The translations under genes were made by a program, and so were the position numbers. From the NCBI GenBank assembly GCA_016872815.1, contig VGYY01000002.1:1-48198 (forward strand): a stretch of DNA of 48,198 nt, written 5' to 3'. Of this stretch, positions 9,580 through 20,370 are shown piece after piece (positions within the stretch are counted from its first letter, which is position 1; each line of letters opens with the position of its first letter). The stretch comes from Planctomycetota bacterium. GTDB lineage: Bacteria; Planctomycetota; B15-G4; SIAN01. The notes below the pieces were generated by a model that made no database searches, was not told where the DNA came from, and worked only from the letters and a program-made list of their open reading frames with translations.

Positions 9580-10284
9580 TCACAGCTGGATCTGCGAGTG
9601 GCCCAGCACCAGCTGCGCGTGCGCCGTCGGGGCGACCCGCTTCAGCTCGGCCAGCAGCGCCTGCTCGGCGCCGGGCTTGCGCGGGACGATCGACCAGACC
9701 ACCTCGATCCGGCCCGAGCCGTCGCTGTCGACCGACAGGAGGTCGGAGGCCTGGAGGTGGGCGTAGAACGCCTGATTGAACGCGGTCTGGTAGTCGACCT
9801 TCTCGTCGATGAGCAGCTTGAGCAGCACCTCGACGCCGGGCTTGGCGCCGACGTTGAAGCGGACCAGGGCGTAGAGGATGGCGCACGCGAGCAGCGTGAA
9901 GAGGAGCGCCACCGCGCCGAAGCCGGTGCCGCACGCCATGCCGATCGCAGTGGTCAGGAAGAAGAACGCGACGTCACGGCTCTCCTTGACGGCGTTGCGG
10001 AAGCGGATGATCGAGAGCGCGCCGACCAGGCTGAACGCGCGCGCGATGTTGGTGCCGATGATCTGCATCATCAGCGCCACGCAGATGGCCATGATCACCA
10101 TCGTGTGCACCGTCGTCTGCGAATACGACGGCCCGGCGTGGGTCACCTTGTAGACGTAGCCCACCAGCAGCGAGAGCACGAACGCCCAGCCGACGGCACG
10201 GAGCATGTCCAGGACGGGCAGCGTGTCGACGCCCGCCGTCGTCGGGAAGAGCCACTGGAAGAAGTCGTTCGGCGCGGTCGGCAC
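9580..10284 (-). CDS. DUF4956-family integral membrane protein
   Basis: ...NDFFQWLFPTTAGVDTLPVLDMLRAVGWAFVLSLLVGYVYKVTHAGPSYSQTTVHTMVIMAICVALMMQIIGTNIARAFSLVGALSIIRFRNAVKESRDVAFFFLTTAIGMACGTG... matches the DUF4956 pattern as I recall it. I place the start at GTG 10284, with GGAG 9 nt upstream. The 436-aa track ORF extends upstream into low-complexity sequence and is not believed. Confidence 0.75.
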   Translation of the reverse strand: MPTAPNDFFQWLFPTTAGVDTLPVLDMLRAVGWAFVLSLLVGYVYKVTHAGPSYSQTTVHTMVIMAICVALMMQIIGTNIARAFSLVGALSIIRFRNAVKESRDVAFFFLTTAIGMACGTGFGAVALLFTLLACAILYALVRFNVGAKPGVEVLLKLLIDEKVDYQTAFNQAFYAHLQASDLLSVDSDGSGRIEVVWSIVPRKPGAEQALLAELKRVAPTAHAQLVLGHSQIQL

Positions 10285-10466
10285 GGCGAGGAACTCCGGC
10301 GACGAGAGAAACGTGCGAGTGCGAGCGGCCGGCCGTGCGGCAGCCGTGCCGGATCCGTTCGCCCATCGACGACCTGAAGATCGACCGGATGGTAGCCGAG
10401 GCGTGAATCCGACCCTCCCCGAGGCACGGGGGGAAGCGCGAACCTGACGGAGCGCGGCGGGCAGGC

Positions 10467-11549
10467 TCAGCGCTTGAGCCAGTGGGCGTACTGGATCGGC
10501 AGGAGCGCCTGCGGCTTGTCGACCTTCAGCGCCTTGGCCGCGTGGAACGGCCAGTAGGCGTCCTTCAGCATCTCGCGTGCGAGGATCACCACGTCGGCGT
10601 GGCCCTCGGCGATGATCGCCTCGGCGGCGGCCGGCTCGCTGATCATCCAGCCGGCGCCGCACGGCAGGCCGACCTCGCGGCGGATGCGCGCGGTGGTCGG
10701 CACCATGAAGCCCGGCCCCCACGGGATCTTCGAGATGTCGGGGGTGATGAACCCCTGGCTCACGTCGATCAAGTCGAGCCCGCGCGCCTTCAGCTTGCGC
10801 AGCAGCTCGATCGACTCCTCGACCGTCACGCCGCCCTCGATCCAGTCGGTCACCGAGAGGCGCACCGCCAGCGGCAGGTGCTCGGGCCACGCCGCGCGCA
10901 CCGCGTCGAACGTCTCGACCAGGAAGCGGCAGCGGTTCTCGAAGCTGCCGCCGTACTCGTCGGTGCGCTGGTTAGCGAGCGGCGAGAAGAACTCGTGCGC
11001 GAGGTAGCCGTGCGCGAAGTGGAGTTCGAGGAAGCGCACGTCGGCCGCCAGCGCGCGCCTTGCCGCCGCCGCGAAGTCGCCGCGCACGCGCGCGATCTCC
11101 TCCTTCGTCATCGCCTTCGGCGCCACCGGCAGGTAGGCGCCGAACGCCAGCGCCGACGGCCCGAGGATCGGCCACGGCTTCTCGTTCGGTCCGAGGTGCT
11201 GGTCGCCCTCCCACGGCCGTTGCGCGCTGGCCTTGCGGCCGGCGTGGCCGATCTGGAGTCCCGCGACCGCGCCGTGCTGTTCGATGAAGCGGTTCACGCG
11301 GGCGAGCGGCTCCACGTGCGCGTCGGACCAGATCCCGGCGTCGCCGTGACTGATCCGCCCTTCAGGCGAGACCGCGGTCGCCTCGTCGATCACGAGACCG
11401 GCGCCGCCGACGGCGCGCGACCCCAGATGGACCAGGTGCCAATCGGTCGCCATGCCGTCATCCGAGGAGTATTGGCACATCGGCGAAACGACGACGCGGT
11501 TGCGCAGCGTGACCGACTTGAGGGCGAGCGGAGTGAAGAGAGCGGCCAT
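10467..11549 (-). CDS. Old Yellow Enzyme family NADH:flavin oxidoreductase (YqjM/NamA-like)
   Basis: MAALFTPLALKSVTLRNRVVVSPMCQYSS...WHLVHLGSRAVGGAGLVIDEATAVSPEGRIS...LQIGHAGRKAS...LELHFAHGYLAHEFFSPLANQRTDEYGGSFENRCRF. Only the 3' third of track ORF 10467..13268 is real. Confidence 0.9.
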   Translation of the reverse strand: MAALFTPLALKSVTLRNRVVVSPMCQYSSDDGMATDWHLVHLGSRAVGGAGLVIDEATAVSPEGRISHGDAGIWSDAHVEPLARVNRFIEQHGAVAGLQIGHAGRKASAQRPWEGDQHLGPNEKPWPILGPSALAFGAYLPVAPKAMTKEEIARVRGDFAAAARRALAADVRFLELHFAHGYLAHEFFSPLANQRTDEYGGSFENRCRFLVETFDAVRAAWPEHLPLAVRLSVTDWIEGGVTVEESIELLRKLKARGLDLIDVSQGFITPDISKIPWGPGFMVPTTARIRREVGLPCGAGWMISEPAAAEAIIAEGHADVVILAREMLKDAYWPFHAAKALKVDKPQALLPIQYAHWLKR

Positions 11550-11693
11550 CGGGGAGCGCGACTCCGGCGTGGAAGGGGTGCGGCACGCTACCGACTCGAG
11601 GTCTGCGCTTCGTCTCAGGTCGTGGCGTTCCGATTCCCGACGGTGCCACCTTGAGTTCGCTGCCCGCCCCCCCTGGATGCTGAGAGTCCGCGG

Positions 11694-13487
11694 ATGACCT
11701 GGGAGTCGTGGTTCACGACGGCGGTGCTGCTGCTGATGGTGGCGGCGCTGATGAAGAACTTCGCCACCGACATGGTGATGGTGGCGACGCTGGCGTGCTT
11801 CATGACCGCCGGGATCTGGAGCAGCAAGTTCCCGAGCCCGGCAAAGCTGGTCGCGGGGCTCGGCAACGACGCGCTGGTCACGGTCGCGGTGCTCTACGTC
11901 GTCGTGACCGGACTGTCGCGCACCGGCGCGATGCAGATGCTGACGCGGCCGCTGCTCGGCACGCCGAAGTCGGTCAGCTCGGCGCAGCTGCGCCTGATGC
12001 TGCCGTGCGCCATCCTCTCGCCCTTCCTCAACAACACGCCGATCGTGGCGATGTTCCTGCCGGTCGTGAGCGACCTCTGCAAGCGCACCCGCATCTCGCC
12101 CTCGAAGCTCTACATCCCGCTCTCGTTCTCCACCGTGCTCGGTGGCATCTGCACGCTGATCGGCACCAGCACCAACATGGTGGTCGCCGGCCTCGTCATC
12201 GCCGAAACCGGGCGGCGTGATCTGCTGCGGATGTTCGACCTCGCGTGGGTCGGCGTGCCGTGTGCGGTGGTCGGGATCGCCTTCCTGGTGCTGACCGGAC
12301 GCTGGCTCCTGCCGAATCGCAAGTCGACGCTCGACGTCGGCGGCGATCCGCGCGAGTACACGGTGGAGATGGAGGTCGAGCCCGGGAGCCCGCTTTCCGG
12401 CAAGACGATCGAAGCGGCCGGCCTGCGCGGACTGCCGGGCGTCTACCTGGCGGAGATCGAGCGGCGCGGCCACCTGCTGCCGGCCGTCGCGTCGACCGAC
12501 CTGCTGGAGGCGGGGGATCGCCTCATCTTCGTCGGCATCGTCGACTCGGTCGTCGACCTGCAGAAGATCCGCGGGCTGCGCCCCGCCACCAACCAGATCT
12601 TCAAGCTCGACGCGCCGCGCGCCGAGCGCTGCATGATCGAGGCCGTCGTCTCGAGCCAATGCCGCCTGGTCGGCATGACGATCCGCGACGGCAAGTTCCG
12701 CAGCGTCTACAACGCCGCCGTCATCGCGGTGGCGCGCTCGGGCCAGCGGCTGAAGCAGAAGATCGGCGACATCGTGCTGGAGCCGGGCGACACGCTCCTG
12801 CTCGAGGCGCACCCCGATTTCGCCGACCAGCAGAAGAACTCGAAGGACTTCTTCCTGGTCTCGAAACTGGCCGATTCGACGCCGCCGGGCCACGAGAAGG
12901 CGTGGCTCGCCGCCGGTCTCACCGTCGCGATGGTCGTCGCCGCCGGCTTCGAGTGGCTGTCGATGATGCACGCCGGGCTGCTGACGGCGATGGCGATGCT
13001 GCTGACCGGCTGCTGCAACACTCAGGCGGCGCGGCGCAGCCTCGACTGGGAGGTGCTGATCACCATCGCCGCGGCGCTCGGCATCGGCGAGACGATGCGC
13101 TCGACCGGCCTCGCGACCACCATCGCCAACGGCGCGGTGAGCCTGGTGCAAGGCAGTCCGTGGGCCGCGCTGGTCGTGATCTACTTCACGACGATGGTGC
13201 TGACCGAACTCCTGAGCAACAACGCCACCGCCGCTCTCATGTACCCCATCACCATGGCGACCGCGCAATCACTCGGCGCCGATCCGAAGCCGTTCCTGGT
13301 CGCGATCATGATCGCGGCGTCGTGCGGCTTCGCGACGCCGTTCGGCTACCAGACCCACCTCATGGTCTATGGCCCGGGCGGGTACAAGTTCTCCGACTTC
13401 CTGCGCGTCGGCATCGCCCTCGACCTGCTGGTGATGGCGGTGACCGTCACGGTGGCGCCGCTCGTCTGGCCGCTGGTGGCGAGCTGA
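11694..13487 (+). CDS. SLC13/DASS-type permease with two central TrkA-C (RCK C-terminal) domains
   Basis: 597 aa. Multiple TM helices flank two TrkA-C-like segments (EMEVEPGSPLSGKTIEAAGLR...GDRLIFVG and EAVVSSQCRLVGMTIRDGKFR...GDTLLLEA). The C-terminal permease half carries NNATAALMYPI. Confidence 0.85.
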   Translation: MTWESWFTTAVLLLMVAALMKNFATDMVMVATLACFMTAGIWSSKFPSPAKLVAGLGNDALVTVAVLYVVVTGLSRTGAMQMLTRPLLGTPKSVSSAQLRLMLPCAILSPFLNNTPIVAMFLPVVSDLCKRTRISPSKLYIPLSFSTVLGGICTLIGTSTNMVVAGLVIAETGRRDLLRMFDLAWVGVPCAVVGIAFLVLTGRWLLPNRKSTLDVGGDPREYTVEMEVEPGSPLSGKTIEAAGLRGLPGVYLAEIERRGHLLPAVASTDLLEAGDRLIFVGIVDSVVDLQKIRGLRPATNQIFKLDAPRAERCMIEAVVSSQCRLVGMTIRDGKFRSVYNAAVIAVARSGQRLKQKIGDIVLEPGDTLLLEAHPDFADQQKNSKDFFLVSKLADSTPPGHEKAWLAAGLTVAMVVAAGFEWLSMMHAGLLTAMAMLLTGCCNTQAARRSLDWEVLITIAAALGIGETMRSTGLATTIANGAVSLVQGSPWAALVVIYFTTMVLTELLSNNATAALMYPITMATAQSLGADPKPFLVAIMIAASCGFATPFGYQTHLMVYGPGGYKFSDFLRVGIALDLLVMAVTVTVAPLVWPLVAS

Positions 13488-13702
13488 ACGAGCGACGCGG
13501 GTCGCGCGGCGCTCAAGCAAGTTCCGCCGCGCGCCGCGAACCAGGCGCGGATCACCTGGTTGCCGAAGCGGTCGGGGAGCGCGTCGGCGAGGAGGCCCGG
13601 CAGCCCTTCGAACGCGGGCTGCGGCAGCAGCTCGTCGAAGGCGAGCGGTCCGCGGCGCGACGTCGCCAGGCTGGTACCGCCTCTGCACGCACCCCGAAAC
13701 GA

Positions 13703-13734
13703 CGCGGGTCGCGCCTGTTCTGGCGCGACCCGCG
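13703..13734 (-). terminator. Stem-loop about 50 nt downstream of the hppA stop
   Basis: Perfect 13-bp arms CGCGGGTCGCGCC and GGCGCGACCCGCG with a 6-nt loop. On the minus strand it is followed by TCGTTTCGGGG. Confidence 0.45.
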
Positions 13735-13783
13735 ATTCAGCTCGCTGTGCTCGACCACGCGCCGCCGCGGCGGCGCGCCCGTC

Positions 13784-15874
<2,091 letters not shown>

Positions 15875-16223
15875 GGGGACTCTCGGGACGTGGAGAACCC
15901 GGGGAGGCGCGGACGGTCCAACGCCTTCCCGGGCGCGAAATGAGGGCGGGAAAGTTAGCCGGGGTCCCCGGGCAGTCAATGTGCCGGCGATTCGCGCGAC
16001 CGGGAATCACCGGGGTGCGAACAACCTTTCTCTGGGGGCGCGCGGCCAGCTGGCCGGCGCAAGTGCGGCCCCCTCTGCTTCCACTTGGGACCGATCGGAA
16101 GTCGCCGACCGTGCCCCGGGAACGGTCGCCGTCGTTGCTGAAGTAAAGCTCCGGTTGCCGTCGGCGAGCACTAGCCACGGCCAGTCCCGCAATGAGCGGC
16201 CGCCAGACGCCGCGCCCGTTTGC

Positions 16224-16673
16224 TCAGGGGAAAGCGGCGCGGTCGCCTTGAAGCGCCTCGATCCGCCAGATCCCCTGCGGGCGCGGCTTCGTGGCGAAGT
16301 GCTCGAAGCGATCGTCGCGACGGATCGCAGGCCAGATCCACGGCAGCGCCGCCAGCCGGCGATAGGTCGCCATCGGTTTGCGGTGGAAGCGCTCGAGTTG
16401 CGTCGCCCGGCCGTCCTCGGCGCGGGCCACCTAGTCGAGCCACTGCTCGCGCAGCGAGCGTTCGAGCGCACGGTTGTCGCCGAGTTTCAGCACCTCGCGC
16501 CAGTTGACCAGCACCGTCGTGCCCGGAGCCGGCGCCGCCGGCAGCTCCGCCCCGCCCGCTTCCTCGAGCGAGCGCAGGGTGAACGGCAGCGCGGGCCCGA
16601 AGGCGAAGCGCAGCACCTGCGCCGTCCGCGCTGTAATGAGACCCGCAGACTTGACATACGCGAGTTCTGTCAC
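16224..16673 (-). pseudogene. 149-codon hypothetical reading frame interrupted by one in-frame TAG (16431-16433)
   Basis: Track ORFs 16431..16673 and 16224..16430 are in the same frame and directly abut across a TAG. Both halves have G/C-rich third positions. I recognise no family. Confidence 0.4.
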
Positions 16674-16874
16674 GCTTTCGGCGCGACCAAGCTCGATCGC
16701 GTGGTCCTCCGGCTGACCTCGCGTGGTTGCGCTCCTCGCGAGATCGCGCGGCGACTGAACCGAACCCCGGGGTCGATCCGGTCGCGCCTCTCGCGACTGC
16801 GGTACCGAATCAATCCCCCGTAGCCGATCGAGATCTGCTGTCGTCTCGGCGCCTTTTGGCTGGCCGCGTTGCGT

Positions 16875-17903
16875 TCATGCCCCCATCGCCCGCGCCGCTT
16901 CCGGCGGCGCGCTCGCGGCGGCCGCGCTGATCCCCGCCGCGGTGCTCGCGGTCGCACCGTTGCTGGTCTCGCCGCTCGCCGCCTTCTCGGCGGCGCTGAG
17001 TTCGCGGCGGTCGCGCACGATCAGCGTGCCCGAGCCCTCGTTGGTGAAGATCTCGGTCAGGAGGCTGGCGCGCTGGTTGCCGATGACGTGCACGCGCGCC
17101 ACGCCCTGGTCGAGCGCCATGCGGATGGCGCTGATCTTGGGCAGCATGCCGGTCGTGACCGAGCCGTTCTCGACCAGCTCTTCGAGGCCGCGCAGATCGG
17201 TGCAAGAGATCAGCGAGCTCGGGTCGTTCCGGTCCTCGAGGATGCCCGGCACATCGCTGACGAAGACGAGCTTCTCGGCGCAGAGAGCGCGCGCGAGGGA
17301 CGCCGCCACCGTGTCGGCGTTGATGTTGAGGACGTTGCCCTGCTCGTCGGCCGAGAGCGGGCTCACCACCGGCAGGTAGCCGGCGGCCAGCAGGCTCTTC
17401 AGCAGCGTCGGGTCGACCTGCTCCACGTCACCGACGTGGCCGAAGTCGACCATCTGCGGCGCACCGTCGACGATCACGCTGCGCGGCGCGCGCCGGCGCG
17501 CCTTCACCAACCCGGCGTCGAGGCCCGACACCCCCACCGCCTGCAGGCCGACGGCGCGGCACGCGGACAGCACCGCGGTGCCGACCGAGCCATTCATCGT
17601 CATCACCGCGACGTCGAGCGCCGCGGCGTCGGTCACGCGCCGCCCCTCGATCATGCGCGGCTGCAGGCCGAGCTTCTTCGACAGCTCGGTCGTCTGCGGG
17701 CCGCCGCCGTGCACCAGCACGACGTGGACTCCGAGCTCGCGCACCACCGAGAGCTGCTCGGCGAGTTCGCGCAGCTGGGCCGGCTCGCTGCACGGCGCGC
17801 CGCCGATCTTCACGACGAAGGTCTTGCCCTTGAACAGTCGGACATACGGCAGCGCGCGCTTCAACGCGTCCATGGTGGCGCTGCGGTCATCGGCGAACGT
17901 CAT
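16875..17903 (-). CDS. argB: Acetylglutamate kinase
   Basis: MTFADDRSATMDALKRALPYVRLFKGKTFVVKIGGA...HVVLVHGGGPQ...NINADTVA...VSDVPGIL...GMLPKI. The start at 17903 overlaps the argD stop (ATGA). It has an Ala/Ser-rich C-terminal tail. Confidence 0.9.
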   Translation of the reverse strand: MTFADDRSATMDALKRALPYVRLFKGKTFVVKIGGAPCSEPAQLRELAEQLSVVRELGVHVVLVHGGGPQTTELSKKLGLQPRMIEGRRVTDAAALDVAVMTMNGSVGTAVLSACRAVGLQAVGVSGLDAGLVKARRRAPRSVIVDGAPQMVDFGHVGDVEQVDPTLLKSLLAAGYLPVVSPLSADEQGNVLNINADTVAASLARALCAEKLVFVSDVPGILEDRNDPSSLISCTDLRGLEELVENGSVTTGMLPKISAIRMALDQGVARVHVIGNQRASLLTEIFTNEGSGTLIVRDRRELSAAEKAASGETSNGATASTAAGISAAAASAPPEAARAMGA

Positions 17904-19117
17904 CGAGAGTTCTCCAGTGCGGCCTGCCGCGGCAGGCTCGCGAGCGCAGCAGCAAGCTGCGCGACATGTTCTTCTTCCACGACCAGCGGCGGCAGGAGGC
18001 GCACGACCTTCGGGTCGTGGCTGCTGCCCGCCAGGATTCCGCGGGCGCGCAGCTCGGCGAGGACCTCCTTCGCCGGGCGCGTGCACTTCAGTCCGAGCAG
18101 GAGCCCGAGCCCCTGGATCGCTTCGACCGGGCCGACGCGGCACGTCTCGAGGATGCGCTTCGAGACGCGGCGCACGCGCTCCAGCACGCGATCCTCCTCG
18201 ATCGCCTGCAGCGTCGCCTCGACCAGCGCGCAGGCGAGCGGCCCGCCGCCGAACGTGGTGCCGAGCTGCCCCTTCTTCAATTGCGCCGCGAGCGCGTCGC
18301 CCACCAGCAGCGCGCCGCACGGGAAGCCGCCGGCGATGCCCTTCGCGGTCGTCAGCACGTCGGGCAGCACGCCGTAGTGGTCGGCGGCGAAGCCGTGCCC
18401 CGAGCGGCCGACGCCGATCTGCACCTCGTCGAGGATCAGCAGCGCGCCGGCCTGCGTGGCCGCGGCGCGCGCCGCCTGGACGAAGTTGCGCGACAGCGCG
18501 CGCGCGCCGGCGACGCCCTGCACCGGCTCGAAGATCACCGCGGCGGTGTCGCGATCGACGGCCGCACGCAACGCCGCCACGTCGTCGAACGGCACCCAGC
18601 TGACGTCGAATGGCATGCGCGGGAAGGCGTACCAGGTCTCGTGGTGGTCGGTGATGGCGGCCGCGGCGGCGGTGCGGCCGTGGAAGGCGCCGCTCACCGC
18701 GACCACCTTCGGCCGCCGCGTCACCAGGAACGCGATGCGCAGCGCGTTCTCGTTGGCCTCGGCCCCCGAGTTCACGAAGAAGACCTTGGTGAGCCCCTTC
18801 GGCGCGATGCGCACCAGCGCCGCCGCGGCGCGCGTGCGCACCTCGAGGTCGACCGCATTGCTCTGGAAGAAGAGCCGCTGCGCCTGACCGGTCAGCGCAT
18901 CGAGCAGCCGCTGGTGGCCGTAGCCGAGCGAGGCGACCGCGTGGCCGCCGTAGAAGTCGATGTAGCGTCGCCCGGTCGAGTCCTCGACCGTGACGCCATC
19001 GCCGAGCGCGACGGTCATGCCCATCCGATCGAAGACGTCGAGCAACGGACCGGCGCCGGCCGCGCTCGAAGCGGCCGGCGTGGACGCTGCCTGCGTGGCC
19101 GCGGACTGCGCGCTCAT
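17900..19117 (-). CDS. argD: Acetylornithine (class III) aminotransferase
   Basis: YIDFYGGHAVASLGYGH...FFVNSGAEANENALR...ILDEVQIGVGRSGHGFAADHYGVLPDVLTTAKGIAGGFPCGA. The start at 19117 overlaps the argC stop by 1 nt (TGATG). Confidence 0.88.
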   Translation of the reverse strand: MSAQSAATQAASTPAASSAAGAGPLLDVFDRMGMTVALGDGVTVEDSTGRRYIDFYGGHAVASLGYGHQRLLDALTGQAQRLFFQSNAVDLEVRTRAAAALVRIAPKGLTKVFFVNSGAEANENALRIAFLVTRRPKVVAVSGAFHGRTAAAAAITDHHETWYAFPRMPFDVSWVPFDDVAALRAAVDRDTAAVIFEPVQGVAGARALSRNFVQAARAAATQAGALLILDEVQIGVGRSGHGFAADHYGVLPDVLTTAKGIAGGFPCGALLVGDALAAQLKKGQLGTTFGGGPLACALVEATLQAIEEDRVLERVRRVSKRILETCRVGPVEAIQGLGLLLGLKCTRPAKEVLAELRARGILAGSSHDPKVVRLLPPLVVEEEHVAQLAAALASLPRQAALENSR

Positions 19118-20370
19118 CAGTACCACCCCCATCCCGGCAGCTCGAGGCCCGTGGTGTCGGGCAGGCCGAACAGCCGGTTCATCCATTGCACCGCGCCGCC
19201 CGCGGCGCCCTTGGTCAGGTTGTCGATCACCGCCGTCACGACCAGCGTGCGGCCGCGCGTGGCGATGCCGAGGCGCACCTTGTTGGTGCCGACCACCTCG
19301 GTCAGCTTCGGCGGCGCGGTCGAGGCGACGACGAATGGAGTTCCGCCCGCCACGCGCGCGCGGTCGGCGTAGAGCGCGTTCACCTTCGCCACCAGCTCGG
19401 CGGCCGCGACCGGCTCACGCAACGCGAGGCGCAGCGTCGCGTGGATGCCGCGGACGAACGGCCCGGAGTGCGGGACGAACTCGACGTCGGGTTCGCAGCC
19501 GCGGCACGCTGCGCCGATCAGCCGGCGCATCTCCGCCTCGTGGCGGTGCGTCAGCGCGTTGTAGGCGTGGAGCGTCGCGTGGCGTTCCGGATGGTGCGTG
19601 TTCGCGGCCGGCGTGCGACCGCTGCCGGAGCTGCCGGTCACGGCGCTGACGAAGACATCGCCCTCGACCAGGCCGAGCTTGAAGAACGGCCAGGCGGCGC
19701 AGGTCACCGCCGTGGTGAAGCAGCCGGGTTGCGCGGCGTGCGCGGTGGCGAGCCGCTCGGCGTGCTCGGGCACGGCGCAGGTGAACTGCGCCAGCAGCGC
19801 GGGCGCCGGATGCGGCTTGCCGTAGATCGCCGCCCATTGCGCGGCGTCCGGGAAGCGGAAGTCGGCGGAGAGGTCGACCACGTGGAACGGGTCGTCGCGG
19901 TCGCCGAGACCGGCGGCGAGACGCGCGCCGATCACCTGCTGCGCCAGCGGCGCTGCGGCACCGTGCGGCGTGGCGAGGAAGACGGCCGTGGCGCCGGCGC
20001 GTGCGGCGCTGGCGACGGCATCGGCCTCACTCACGAACGTCAGCGAATCGAGCCGCGTGCCACCGAGGTGCGGGAACACCGTGACCACCCGCTCCCCCAC
20101 CTGGCTGGTGGAGGCAACGGCGGCCGGCGCGAAGTTCGGGTGATGCGTCAGCAGTCGCAGCAGTTCGCCGGCGACGTAGCCCGAGCCGCCGAAGACCACG
20201 GACGGGACCGTCGCCAGGTCGTAGCGGCGCTCATCGAGGATGCGGGCGAGGCGGGTGCGCGCCGGGGCACGTCCAGTGGCTGCGCCGGACCTCGCCGGCG
20301 CAGCCGGCGTCGCCGGAGCGAGCGCCTGCGCCGTGGCATTCGCCTCGTCGTTGCGTCCCTTAGAGATCAT
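19117..20370 (-). CDS. argC: N-acetyl-gamma-glutamyl-phosphate reductase, with an Ala/Pro-rich N-terminal extension of about 45 aa if the ATG at 20370 is used
   Basis: VVFGGSGYVAGELLRLLTHHP...AQPGCFTTAV (catalytic Cys context)...VIDNLTKGAAGGAVQWMN. The ATG at 20370 overlaps the 3' end of the upstream P-loop gene by 11 nt. Confidence 0.88.
   Translation of the reverse strand: MISKGRNDEANATAQALAPATPAAPARSGAATGRAPARTRLARILDERRYDLATVPSVVFGGSGYVAGELLRLLTHHPNFAPAAVASTSQVGERVVTVFPHLGGTRLDSLTFVSEADAVASAARAGATAVFLATPHGAAAPLAQQVIGARLAAGLGDRDDPFHVVDLSADFRFPDAAQWAAIYGKPHPAPALLAQFTCAVPEHAERLATAHAAQPGCFTTAVTCAAWPFFKLGLVEGDVFVSAVTGSSGSGRTPAANTHHPERHATLHAYNALTHRHEAEMRRLIGAACRGCEPDVEFVPHSGPFVRGIHATLRLALREPVAAAELVAKVNALYADRARVAGGTPFVVASTAPPKLTEVVGTNKVRLGIATRGRTLVVTAVIDNLTKGAAGGAVQWMNRLFGLPDTTGLELPGWGWY

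Noticed and set aside
9580-10890. Full 436-aa version of the DUF4956 ORF
   Set aside because: The upstream 200 codons are Arg/Gly/Ala-rich, lack membrane segments, and overlap the OYE gene. The DUF4956-like sequence starts near GTG 10284.
11550-13268. 5' two-thirds of the 933-aa minus-strand ORF 10467..13268
   Set aside because: Only the part from Met at 11549 (MAALFTPL...) is OYE-like. The upstream part is antisense to the SLC13 permease gene.
13500-13690. Minus-strand frame with good G/C third positions reading ...[43 protein letters not shown], vaguely like an RlmN-type N-terminus
   Set aside because: It has no start codon, runs into the end of the SLC13 gene, and the similarity is only a loose pattern from memory. 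This is insufficient to call even a pseudogene.
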